Assembly: GCA_031370785.1 (NCBI GenBank)
Contig: JANMQY010000098.1
Location: 1-31,849, forward strand
Length of the DNA: 31,849 bases
From: Candidatus Eiseniibacteriota bacterium
GTDB lineage: Bacteria > Eisenbacteria > RBG-16-71-46
Direction: 5' to 3'
This document shows, in pieces, positions 18,774 to 28,023 of this stretch. Made by a program: the position numbers and the translations under genes. Within the stretch, counting starts at the first letter, position 1. Each line of letters opens with the position of its first letter. Under the pieces are notes generated by a model. The model ran no database searches, was not told the DNA's origin, and saw nothing but the letters and a program-made list of their open reading frames with translations.

Positions 18774-20303
18774 TCACGGTCGATTCGCCGTCCGCGTGAG
18801 CCATCCCGATCCCGGCAGCCGGAACGATACGTACACGCCGCGCATGACCCGGAGCTCCTCGCCCGAGAACGCCCTCAGCGACAGCAGGAGCACGACGTAC
18901 ACGATCGCGCCCACCACGGGAAGGAGCAGGAGATTTCCGTGCCTGAGCAGGTACACGACGACACCCATCCCGAGCGAGGCCAGCAGGGGCCTGACCGCTT
19001 CGCGCAGCAGATCCCCTGGCGGAGAATACCGGCCGAGCGCCCGCTGACACACGATGAGCACGGTGAGCTCGCCTCCCAGCACCCCCACGCACGCGCCGAC
19101 GAATCCGAACGCATGGATAAGGGCCGCACCCAGGGCGACGTTGACGATCAGGCCCGCCACGATCGCGCCGAGATACGCCCGCTGCTGATCCAACGCGACA
19201 AGCACATAGCGAGACATGAGATTCAGGAAAAACAGGGCGAGCCCAAGACTGAGGATCATCAGGGCGACGCCGGCCTTCTGGAAGCTGCCGTGGTGCAGAA
19301 GCAGGGGGACCACTCGTTTCGACAGGAGGAATAACCCGACGCTGAGCGGAAGCGCGGCCAGGAATTGGAACTTGATCGCGCTCCGTAGCACGGGGCGCAC
19401 GGCCTCCGGGCCCACACGCGCGCCGCGGGACAGCGATGGAAAGGCCGAGATGCTGAAGGCCGACGAGATGAACCCGAGCGGCTGTGAGAGCATATAGCCG
19501 ATGTTGAAGTAAGCAACGTCGGCATCGCTCGCCAGCCCCTTCAGAAGGAGGACGCCGACGCGCCCGTACATGACGACGGCGAACATCGCAACCCCGAACG
19601 GCAGGCTCTCTCTGATCAGGTTCTTGAGGCGCTGCCAGTTCGGTGCGAACACCGGGCGATAGAGGAGCCGCCTCACGAGCAGGATTCCGATCCCGGCTCG
19701 GAGCAGAAACGCGACGGTGGCGCTGCCGAGAACGAACGCGAGAGGAGCCTTCATCACAACGCACAGCAGGATGCCCGCGAGCCACGCCACCTGGCTCACC
19801 ATGAGCAATAGCGCCTCGAGGTCCTGGCGGTCGTGGGCACGGAAGACCCATACCCCCACATCCTGCCCCAGGTCGATCAGAGCGGTCGCCGTGACCAGCC
19901 AGATCAACAGGGCCTGGGTTCGGTCGAATGCCAGAGGCGCGGTCACGGACACGAGGAGGAGCATGACCAGGGCGACGACGCCTTTGATGAGGAGCGCGTC
20001 ACCCAAGTAGCGCGGGCCGAGCGCGGGGCTGCGGGCGATCTCCTTCGTGATGATCACCCCCACGCCAAGGTCGGCGAGACTGGCGATCAGGGGCACGAGC
20101 GCGTAATAGAAGGCGTACTGGCCGTAGCCGTCGGCGGCGAGGTAGTTCCCTAGCACCACCATGCCCGCGACATTGATGAGCGCGCTCAGCATCTGCGCAG
20201 TCAGGCGGAATGAAAAGCTGCGCCCGATCACGGTGGCAGTCGAATGGACGTCTCGACTGGTGTCCTCTGCCGGCCCGACCGGTTCCGTGCTCGCTTGAGA
20301 CAT
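18774..20303 (-). CDS. wzx: Wzx polysaccharide flippase
   Basis: Many hydrophobic segments, YLAADGYGQY...LADLGV and VAYFNIGY motifs; start overlaps the upstream gene's stop (TGATG). Confidence 0.9.
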   Translation of the reverse strand: MSQASTEPVGPAEDTSRDVHSTATVIGRSFSFRLTAQMLSALINVAGMVVLGNYLAADGYGQYAFYYALVPLIASLADLGVGVIITKEIARSPALGPRYLGDALLIKGVVALVMLLLVSVTAPLAFDRTQALLIWLVTATALIDLGQDVGVWVFRAHDRQDLEALLLMVSQVAWLAGILLCVVMKAPLAFVLGSATVAFLLRAGIGILLVRRLLYRPVFAPNWQRLKNLIRESLPFGVAMFAVVMYGRVGVLLLKGLASDADVAYFNIGYMLSQPLGFISSAFSISAFPSLSRGARVGPEAVRPVLRSAIKFQFLAALPLSVGLFLLSKRVVPLLLHHGSFQKAGVALMILSLGLALFFLNLMSRYVLVALDQQRAYLGAIVAGLIVNVALGAALIHAFGFVGACVGVLGGELTVLIVCQRALGRYSPPGDLLREAVRPLLASLGMGVVVYLLRHGNLLLLPVVGAIVYVVLLLSLRAFSGEELRVMRGVYVSFRLPGSGWLTRTANRP

Positions 20304-21805
20304 CAGGTGACCGCGACCGCGCGTGCGCCAGCCAGGGCGGGAATTTCCCGCGCAGGATCACCCGAGTCTGCCCGATGTTCCTCGCTCGCCATCGACCCGA
20401 GCGCGCACACCATGGCGAGAAAGAGCCAGACGTGCCGGAAATGCAGGGTTTCGATCGTGTTGGCGTTGATCAATGAAGCCACCCACGCTCCAAAGGCCGC
20501 GGCCGCCAGCGGCCCTCCTCGCACCCAACCCGGACGAGTGCCGGCGCGCCTCTTCCACCATCGCGTGATCCGGCCGAAGACCTGGAATTTGAGAACCAGC
20601 ATGAACAACAGCGCCAGGGGGCCGCGCTCGATCAGGTAGGAGACATAGTCGTTGTGGGCCTCTTTCGAAAGGAATGGGTCAGCGCCGGAATCGAAAGTCT
20701 GGGTTGGGGCGACGGTGGAACGCTGCCGCTCCTCGATCGTGAGCACTTGCCAGCGGCTGTTACCCGGTCCGATGCCGAGGGGATTACTCGAGTAGTGGCG
20801 CCAGAGCGATCCCCAGATCTCCACACGACCCTCGGAGCTGTGCGACATCCGCCCGAGGATGCTGTTGGCCTGAAGCTGCTTGATCTGGCCGGAACCCACC
20901 CCCAAGCCGGCGATCAGCCAGACGGCGACCAAGCCCGCGCTGAGCGCGAACAGAGCCCCGCCGACGAGCCCGGTGTATGAGGTGCGCTTCGTCCACGCCC
21001 GCACGAGAGCCCAGGCCAGCAGACCGCCCATCAGGGCCAAGATCCCTCCGTTGGCCTTTGAAGCAACGATCCCGACGCTCATGATCGCGATCGCACTCCA
21101 TCTCACCATGCGGCCGAGCTCCTCGTTGAGGCTCAGGACCATGAAGATGCTCATCACCAGGTAGTCGGCAAGCTCGTCTGGCTGGTCGAAGGTTCCAACA
21201 GCCCTGAAGCCCTTGGGCTTGATCACTTCCAGGAGCGAGGCATTCCCGTGCGTGACGACCTGGACGATTCCGATGATCGCGACCGCACTTGCCGTGAGCA
21301 CCCAGGCCAGGCGCAATCCGCGGAAGTCGCCGCGATTCCTCAGGAGGTTTGCGAGCATCACAAAGTAGACGTAGAGATACGCGTCCTGAACCAGCGTGAG
21401 GAGGGCCGCCCTCGGGTTCGCCGCGTTGAAGGTGGCCAGCACGCTGCCCACGGACATGAAAAGCACGGGGCCGATGAACGGCACCCACACGGGCCGCCGC
21501 GTGGTCAGCCGCAAGCCTGCGAAGACCGCAAGGGCAAGCGCATTCACCGGGTCGACAATCGCCGTCCGCCCCGGGCCAGGCGGCACGAGCAACGGCGCGA
21601 GGCAGACCGCGATCACGAGGTACAGGGCCCAACCGTCCAGCTTGCCTCGACGCGGGTCCATGACTCCCACGAATCCCGCGCTTCCCGGTTGGACCTGCGC
21701 CTCCAGCGTGCGGGGCGATCGGCCGGCGGCGCCATCGCATTCCCGGGGAATGCGCCGCCGATCACCCCGCGACCTTCCCTCCGATGTGGAGATCAGGGAC
21801 GACAT
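20303..21805 (-). CDS. wzy: Wzy polymerase / O-antigen ligase family protein
   Basis: Polytopic membrane protein with RAVGTFDQPD, GRVEIW, PLGIGPG and EAHNDY...ERG motifs. Polymerase versus ligase is inferred from context. Confidence 0.8.
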   Translation of the reverse strand: MSSLISTSEGRSRGDRRRIPRECDGAAGRSPRTLEAQVQPGSAGFVGVMDPRRGKLDGWALYLVIAVCLAPLLVPPGPGRTAIVDPVNALALAVFAGLRLTTRRPVWVPFIGPVLFMSVGSVLATFNAANPRAALLTLVQDAYLYVYFVMLANLLRNRGDFRGLRLAWVLTASAVAIIGIVQVVTHGNASLLEVIKPKGFRAVGTFDQPDELADYLVMSIFMVLSLNEELGRMVRWSAIAIMSVGIVASKANGGILALMGGLLAWALVRAWTKRTSYTGLVGGALFALSAGLVAVWLIAGLGVGSGQIKQLQANSILGRMSHSSEGRVEIWGSLWRHYSSNPLGIGPGNSRWQVLTIEERQRSTVAPTQTFDSGADPFLSKEAHNDYVSYLIERGPLALLFMLVLKFQVFGRITRWWKRRAGTRPGWVRGGPLAAAAFGAWVASLINANTIETLHFRHVWLFLAMVCALGSMASEEHRADSGDPAREIPALAGARAVAVT

Positions 21806-21831
21806 TTGTTCAGTGTGCTCCCCTGCCGATG

Positions 21832-23100
21832 TCAGCCGGTGCTCGCCGGACCCGGCAGAGGTACGGGAGGCCTCACGTCGCCGGCGACGGCAGGATGTGT
21901 ATAGGAGTAGAAATAGTGGAGCCTATCATCCGCGTGCTGGAAGTCGACCTGGTTCAGAACCGTGCCCAGCAGCTGAACGCCGCGGCTCTCGAGACGCTCC
22001 TTGGCGCGACGGATTACCTGAACATCGAACCCGCCGGCCTTGACGACCAAAAGCACGCCGTCGACCATCTGGGCGATCGCCTCCGCCGGGCTCGTGACCG
22101 CCACCGGGGGTGAGTCGACGATCACCACGTCGAACATCCGCGACAGGTTCTCAAGCAGGCGCTTCAGGGGTACCGAGCCCGAACCGGTCATCAAGTCGCT
22201 CTGGGCGACCCCACTGGTCAGGATCCTGAGGCTCCCGACCTCAGTTTCCTTCAGGTAGCTCTCGATCTGCCCGGTCAGGTACGGCCGCTTCGTGAAGTCC
22301 CTCAACTGCTGCCCGAGATGGGCGTCGATGCCCCAGGCATCCGGGTTCAGCCGCTGCCGCCGCATCGGGGCCGCGAGTTCGACCGCCCCCGTGTCAGAGA
22401 ACTCGCACCGGGGGCGACGCATCGCCAAAATACACTGCAATTGCTCGGCGATCTGAGCGCGCCGAACAGCCAGTAGCGCTTTGGGCTCGACGTAGCCCAG
22501 GCGCAGCACGATGTCGCCCAACGGCTCGCGGTTTTCGTCGCAGAGTCGCATGGCGCTGTCGCGCTGCGAAGCGGTGAGCAGGCCGCGACTCGCCAGGGCG
22601 TCCCCGAGCAGCCGGTTTTCCGAACCCTTCTGTTCGACGATGCTGACGATCGCGCCCTTCAGCAACGAGACGACGTAGGCCTGGTCGTTCTCGGCGACCG
22701 CCAGCCGGCCGCTCCGGCCCTGCACCTGGAGCAACTCGATCCAGTCGCCGAATTCGAGCTGGTTCGCATCCGCGCGATTGGGATCCGACTGATAGACGCC
22801 ATTCAGCAACTCGCCGAGTCCGGGCGCATTGTCGACGTTGAACAGACGATGTTGGCTGGGCCTGAACTGGTCGGTGTCCACCAGGACGACCTTGATCCCC
22901 CGGAGGCGTGCCATGACTCTGGAGAGCCCGGCCGCAATCGTGGACTTACCCTCACCAGGTCCGCTGCTCGTGATCAGCAGCGTGCGCTTCCCCTGGGCGA
23001 CGTGGCGCTCGACCTCCGCGCCGAGGGAGACGAAGCAGTCGGCTTCGAAGGCCCGGGTGACCTGAGGCGTATTCCTGCTCATGCGTGGGAATCGCTCCAT
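21832..23100 (-). CDS. CpsD/CapB-type tyrosine kinase (stand-alone Wzc kinase domain) with an internal DUF4388/MshEN-like insertion
   Basis: Walker A GPGEGKS, A' VLVDTD, Walker B VIVDSPP, GTVLNQ and C-terminal HYFYSY, with an extra segment of roughly 175 aa between A' and B. Confidence 0.85.
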   Translation of the reverse strand: MERFPRMSRNTPQVTRAFEADCFVSLGAEVERHVAQGKRTLLITSSGPGEGKSTIAAGLSRVMARLRGIKVVLVDTDQFRPSQHRLFNVDNAPGLGELLNGVYQSDPNRADANQLEFGDWIELLQVQGRSGRLAVAENDQAYVVSLLKGAIVSIVEQKGSENRLLGDALASRGLLTASQRDSAMRLCDENREPLGDIVLRLGYVEPKALLAVRRAQIAEQLQCILAMRRPRCEFSDTGAVELAAPMRRQRLNPDAWGIDAHLGQQLRDFTKRPYLTGQIESYLKETEVGSLRILTSGVAQSDLMTGSGSVPLKRLLENLSRMFDVVIVDSPPVAVTSPAEAIAQMVDGVLLVVKAGGFDVQVIRRAKERLESRGVQLLGTVLNQVDFQHADDRLHYFYSYTHPAVAGDVRPPVPLPGPASTG

Positions 23101-23102
23101 TC

Positions 23103-24527
23103 CTAGTGCCGCTTCGGAATCATCCCGAGCACGGGTAGCTGCAATTGCTCGGCCGCGTCAATCGGCGTTCGGATGGTCTGGCGCAGGTGCTCCTGCAGCA
23201 GGGCCAGCCCCGTCCCGCTTAGCAACCCCACCATGACACCCAGCACCATGTTAAGAACCCAGCGCGGGCGCACCGGCTTCGATCCCACGGTGGCCGATCC
23301 GACGACCTGGACGAGTGGGTACCGAACGGCTCCGCTCGCGTGGTCTTCCTGGACCCTGGTCGACAGCATGTTGTAGTGCTCCCGCGAGCTCTGAAGCTCG
23401 CTCTGGACGGTCGTCTGCTGTGCGAGGAGATCACTGACCCGATGCAGCTTGCCTTCTCGGAGCGCGATGGTCGCTTGGAGGTTCTTTTCGCGCTCGAGGA
23501 GGACCGCATACTCCTGCTCGAGCGCCGAGACGGTCCTGGCGAGTTCTGCGTGGATGTTTTCCCGGATGTTCCGCAGCTCGGAGACCAGCATCATCAGCTT
23601 GGGATGCCCGTCCCGGTAGACCTCCCGCGCGCGCGCCAGATCAGTCTGTCGGGCCAGGAGATCACGCCACAGACCGTCCAGGGTCTCGCTCTGGACCGGA
23701 AGGTCGCTTGGTTCCCTCAGGCTGTCGCGCAGCACCTCCCGCACGCGCGCGAGTCGAGCTCCCGCGGCCAGGCGCTCGGTTTGAATCTTCACATAGGAAT
23801 CGTTGAGGCCACTGATCCCGTCCGTGAGTTGCTTGAACTGCTCCGCCAGGATGACAGGCGCCTCGCTGCTCGAGCCGTTCAAGCTGCTTTCTAGTGTCTT
23901 GATCCGCCTCCTGGTCTCCTCCATTTGCTGCGACATCTCGCCCGCCCGGCTGGAATCGGCGGTGGCGAGCCAGCGCGCCTGGCTGGCGATAAATGCATTG
24001 GCGAGCACGTCGGCTATCGACGTCGCGGTCGCGGGATTCCAGTGCTCGACTTGCACGTTGAAGAGACGGGTGTCACGGACTGGCCTGACCGTCGTGATCT
24101 CGATCAGCCAGTCGATCTCGCGATTCAGTTCGTCGATGAACTCTCTGTCTCCTCCGGCGGGCGCCCCACGACTTCGGCTCAGAAAGGGCAGTCTCGGCCT
24201 GGTGGGCATCTGCAGCAGTCCCCGCTCCTTGAGCTTCAGCGCCACCTCTCGGAGCAGAGTGCGGTTCGTGACCAGCTGCGCGGCGGTAAACACCGCGATA
24301 TTGTCCGACTGCCACTGGTCGCTGGCGATCGCCTCGCCCGTGAGCGACGAGCGATTCGGCTCCTTGCGGACCTCGATGCAGACCGTTGCCACGTAGATCG
24401 GTCGCGTCATCAGATTCACTGCCACCGCCAGCGCGAGGCACGCGCCCGCGGTGGTGAGGATCAGCCGACGCCGGCGGCTCAGGATCGAGCCGAGTTGCTT
24501 GAGATCGATTTCCTGGGGATTGGGCAC
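23103..24527 (-). CDS. Polysaccharide copolymerase (GumC/Wzc N-terminal part)
   Basis: EIDL...RRR plus TM segment, PIYVAT, coiled-coil periplasmic region with YRDGHPKL, PVRPR plus TM segment, LPVLGMIP. GTG start at 24527 inferred. Confidence 0.88.
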   Translation of the reverse strand: MPNPQEIDLKQLGSILSRRRRLILTTAGACLALAVAVNLMTRPIYVATVCIEVRKEPNRSSLTGEAIASDQWQSDNIAVFTAAQLVTNRTLLREVALKLKERGLLQMPTRPRLPFLSRSRGAPAGGDREFIDELNREIDWLIEITTVRPVRDTRLFNVQVEHWNPATATSIADVLANAFIASQARWLATADSSRAGEMSQQMEETRRRIKTLESSLNGSSSEAPVILAEQFKQLTDGISGLNDSYVKIQTERLAAGARLARVREVLRDSLREPSDLPVQSETLDGLWRDLLARQTDLARAREVYRDGHPKLMMLVSELRNIRENIHAELARTVSALEQEYAVLLEREKNLQATIALREGKLHRVSDLLAQQTTVQSELQSSREHYNMLSTRVQEDHASGAVRYPLVQVVGSATVGSKPVRPRWVLNMVLGVMVGLLSGTGLALLQEHLRQTIRTPIDAAEQLQLPVLGMIPKRH

Positions 24528-24562
24528 TGGATCACAACCCTCTCGGCGTTCGTCCCGCCCGG

Positions 24563-25165
24563 TCAGAAGCCACGCCGTGGCACCTCGACGCGGTCCCCTC
24601 TGACTAGGCTCGGGTCCTCGATTTTTCCCTTGCTGACTTTGCCCAGGTCGAAGGTGATCGTCTTGGACTTGCCATCCAGGACACGCGTGACCTTGACCCG
24701 TCGAAGCGAAGCGTACTCCGTGAAGCCTCCCGCCAGGAGGCATGCTCTGAGGGCCGTCAATCCTTCCTGATAGCCATAGGCCCCTGGCTTATTCACGGCG
24801 CCCATCACGAACACCTGACCGGCGTAGTCCTTGACGCTCACGAGTACCTGGGGATTCACGAAGAAATCCTTCGCGAGCATGGCAGTCATGTTCTTCGCGA
24901 CCTCGTACGTCGTCAGACACTCGACCTTCACCTCCCCCAGCAGCGGGATCGTGATCGTGCCCGCCGAGGAGATCGTTCCCGTAAATTCCTCCTGCTTGTC
25001 GCCACCCGCGTAAATCGCGATCAGAAGCACATCGCCCGGTCCGACCTGATAGTTGGCCGATTCCGACGACGCCCGGCTCGCCCCGAGACCCAGTCCGGCG
25101 GTCGCGGCGAGTAGCAACATGACCGTCCAGTTCAGCACCGTGCGAGCCCTCGACCACACCCTCAA
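24563..25165 (-). CDS. Short OPX (Wza-like) polysaccharide export protein with Poly_export and one SLBB domain
   Basis: YQVGPGDVL, GTITIPLLGEV, VFVMGAVNKPG, LAGGFT and GDRVEVP. TTG start at 25165 follows GGGGGA; alternative ATG at 25120. Confidence 0.88.
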   Translation of the reverse strand: MRVWSRARTVLNWTVMLLLAATAGLGLGASRASSESANYQVGPGDVLLIAIYAGGDKQEEFTGTISSAGTITIPLLGEVKVECLTTYEVAKNMTAMLAKDFFVNPQVLVSVKDYAGQVFVMGAVNKPGAYGYQEGLTALRACLLAGGFTEYASLRRVKVTRVLDGKSKTITFDLGKVSKGKIEDPSLVRGDRVEVPRRGF

Positions 25166-25188
25166 GTAGTTATCCCCCGCGCGGCGGA

Positions 25189-26406
25189 TCACTGAAGCGC
25201 CGCGGTCAATGACAACTCCGCCCGACTCCTCCGGGAGTCCTGGGGAGCCGCGGTCCGGGTCTCGGTCTGCCTCGAATAGAGGTAGGTGACCCTGGCCGTC
25301 AACCATGGTTGCAACTGCCTCGAAAGCGAGGCGGAGGCGTTGCGGTCCTCGACACGGAGCGTGTCTCCCACACGGGACCTCGTGCGCGCAAAGCTGCCCT
25401 TCAGTATCGCAACGGTCCGCCCGCCGAGCGTGTCTCGCACCTCGAACCCGACGAGATCGCGGAGGGTCGGCTCATCGAAGAGTCCGCCCTGGGCGTCGAG
25501 CGTTCGTTCCCATCGAGCCGCGAGCCACGTGTTGGCCACCGACCTCCACAGCAGCGCGCTACCGGTGGTCGACATGTCGCGCGCGATCAGCGCTCGCGCA
25601 TCGAACGGCAGCCCCACGGCCCGTCCCACTCCCGAGATTCCGGCGGACACCGCGAGGTCGCGACGCTGAGTGCCGTGTAAGGCGTCCCGGGAATCAGCCA
25701 CACCGATCTCGAACTCGCTCGACAGCACCGGAGAATGGTCCCTGCGGTAGCCGGCCGTCGCCACCGCGACCCGGAGGGCTTGGCTATGGTTCAGCCGCCA
25801 TTCCTTCTGTTTCCAGCGCACGAGCAGGCGGGAGTGTTCAATAGTCATCGGGAAGACGGCCGCGGACCACGCCTGATAGAAACCGTCGGGCTTGTCCGCA
25901 ACCTTATAGTTCGTAGCCCGGATCTGATAGGTCGCCTCTTCGCGTGAAGATAGCGCCCGGACCGAACCGGAGCAAAGCTCCGTCTGACCGGAGGGCAGCG
26001 GTGTCCCGGGAGCCAGGTAAAACAGGTCCTGCGAACGGAGGTAAGCTCCGTCGAGGGTCAACTCCGAACGCTTGGTCGGCGCGCTCGAGGCCCGAATGGA
26101 GGCAAGATCCGTGGCAGGCCTGGTAGCAGAAGAGGAGAAGTAAGACTCGTAGGAGCGAAGCGCGCTGATTTCCCAGCTGGTGACCGGCCCAGGGCGGCCG
26201 ATCGTGAGCTGAGGGGCGACCGAGGCAACCCACTGACCCCCGTTCACAGCCGAGGTCGATCGCTTTTCGACGCGCGATCCAATGGTCATCCCTGGGGAAA
26301 AACCTCCGGCCAGCGCCCGCGACCCACCGTCCAGATTCAACCACGTCAAGAAGAGGCCAGTCGTCGTCCACGCTATCCGCGAGCGCATGGAAGCCTGCCT
26401 CATCAT
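25189..26406 (-). CDS. Probable outer-membrane beta-barrel of the EPS export system
   Basis: Signal peptide ending ALA-G, alternating amphipathic strands (ASASLSRQLQPWLTARVTYLYS, RAELSLTA), located directly upstream of the OPX gene. Start uncertain (26388-26406). Confidence 0.65.
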   Translation of the reverse strand: MMRQASMRSRIAWTTTGLFLTWLNLDGGSRALAGGFSPGMTIGSRVEKRSTSAVNGGQWVASVAPQLTIGRPGPVTSWEISALRSYESYFSSSATRPATDLASIRASSAPTKRSELTLDGAYLRSQDLFYLAPGTPLPSGQTELCSGSVRALSSREEATYQIRATNYKVADKPDGFYQAWSAAVFPMTIEHSRLLVRWKQKEWRLNHSQALRVAVATAGYRRDHSPVLSSEFEIGVADSRDALHGTQRRDLAVSAGISGVGRAVGLPFDARALIARDMSTTGSALLWRSVANTWLAARWERTLDAQGGLFDEPTLRDLVGFEVRDTLGGRTVAILKGSFARTRSRVGDTLRVEDRNASASLSRQLQPWLTARVTYLYSRQTETRTAAPQDSRRSRAELSLTAALQ

Positions 26407-27066
26407 GCCTTGCCCGTCGCCCATCGCTCCAATCGCCCTCCCGACCGGGGAAGGCGCAACCAGCTCGAGCTGGCTGGGGATGCCCGATTGCCCTCCGAGC
26501 TGCCCTTCCCCCAACACCTGTCCGAGAGCCCTGACAGGAAGGACGTCGAGGCTTTCTTTGCTCGACGCGTCCGCGAGTGGGAACTCAAGCCCATGAGTGG
26601 ATGGAAAATGACCCAAGAGGACCGAATTCACTGTCCGCAGATACCCGCCCTTCACGATGTAAGAGGAAGCGCAGAACACGTCACGACCCGCACGGGTTCT
26701 AGGGCGAAACCGTACCGGCTTTCTTCGCGCGCCCCTTAGAGTAACGGCACACGGCGCAGGCGGGAAAAACGGTTCTTCATCCCCCAGATGGCGACCCAGT
26801 CTAAGTCACGCGAACCGGACGCGTCAATCGCCGCTCCCAAAGTACCCAGCAAGGTTCGTGCACGGAACGACTGCGACAAGCCGATCGGGCCCGCAACTCG
26901 TCCCTTCGATCCGGAAGCGCCCGACCTCCCGCGACCGGATGCCCAGTGGGCGTTGAAGGAAAATCGGAGGGCGACTGAAAGCGATGCATGCGGTGCAGCG
27001 ACCCCGAAGTCGCACGACTGACCCCGAGTATGTCAATATGGAAGGAACGCGGTTCGCCGGGAGAGG

Positions 27067-27984
27067 ATGCACGCACCTATTATGATGATACGTTCATCGG
27101 TTCCGGACATTACGACGCTGAGGGCTATCTGCCATACGGGCAAGCTCTCCAAGGACGGTCGTCTCTGGTACGCGTTGTCTCGAAGGATCTCGATCTACAT
27201 CACCTGGATCCTTCTTCATACCCGGGTTCGGCCGAACCAGGTGACCATGGCCACCGTGGCCTGTGCATTCCTGGGCACGTGCCTGCTCGCGGCACACCCG
27301 GCGTCGGTCGCCCTGTGGGGCGCGACCGCACTGGTGGCCCACCACCTTCTGGACAAGGTCGACGGGGACATCGCCCGGTTCCGCAAGATCTACTCGGTGG
27401 CGGGCGTTTACCTGGACGATCTGGGTCATTCGATCACATATGGCGGCATTTTCGTGGGGCTAGGCCTGCATCTCGCCCGCCACGCACAGAACGCGGACTC
27501 CATCATCGCGGTGTTGGGGACGGCTGCCGTGGGCGCCCTTTCCATGGTGATCGGGAACCAGAACAAGAACGTGGGTTTCCTCTTGTTCGCTCGGAGCGTT
27601 CTGACGCAGCCGGAACTGCTCCCTACCCAGCACCGCAATCATGGACTGCACGTGCTCTCACGCCAGGCCACTCACCGGAGCCGGGAAGCTCATGCCCAGG
27701 CTTCCGACAGCCTGGTCGAATGGCTCATCGGCCGGCTGCGGGACATGGTCCTCCTGATCTCGGACTATTCCGTCATGTTGCCGCTCGTCACCGCCGGGCT
27801 CGTCGTCGAAGCGGTCACGGGCAACCTCCGGTTCCTCACCGGCGTTTTCTTCTTCGAAGCGCTCTTGCAGGCATCCGTGCTGTTGGGGCTGATCTGGATC
27901 AACTACACCGTGAATGTCGAGTCGGAATGCCTGCGCCTGGAAGCCCTCCTCCAGAGACGAGATGACGCCCCCCCCCGCGACTGA
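27067..27984 (+). CDS. CDP-alcohol phosphotransferase family protein
   Basis: PNQVT and the signature DKVDGDIAR...GVYLDDLGH; several TM segments. Confidence 0.88.
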   Translation: MHAPIMMIRSSVPDITTLRAICHTGKLSKDGRLWYALSRRISIYITWILLHTRVRPNQVTMATVACAFLGTCLLAAHPASVALWGATALVAHHLLDKVDGDIARFRKIYSVAGVYLDDLGHSITYGGIFVGLGLHLARHAQNADSIIAVLGTAAVGALSMVIGNQNKNVGFLLFARSVLTQPELLPTQHRNHGLHVLSRQATHRSREAHAQASDSLVEWLIGRLRDMVLLISDYSVMLPLVTAGLVVEAVTGNLRFLTGVFFFEALLQASVLLGLIWINYTVNVESECLRLEALLQRRDDAPPRD

Positions 27985-28023
27985 GCCTCAGGCTCGTTAC
28001 GCCCGCCACCCTGAGGGCTCGCG

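Noticed and set aside
15553..19047. Long antisense or alternate-frame ORFs (e.g. 15553..17013 +, 17599..19047 +; likewise 6013..7440 + and 3969..5261 +)
   Set aside because: Shadow ORFs typical of high-GC DNA, overlapping well-supported genes and lacking recognisable motifs.
27000..27036. Minus-strand TTGACA with GACCCCGA direct repeats as the EPS operon promoter
   Set aside because: No acceptable -10 at 16-18 bp, it is far from the first gene, and the repeat is too short to be significant.
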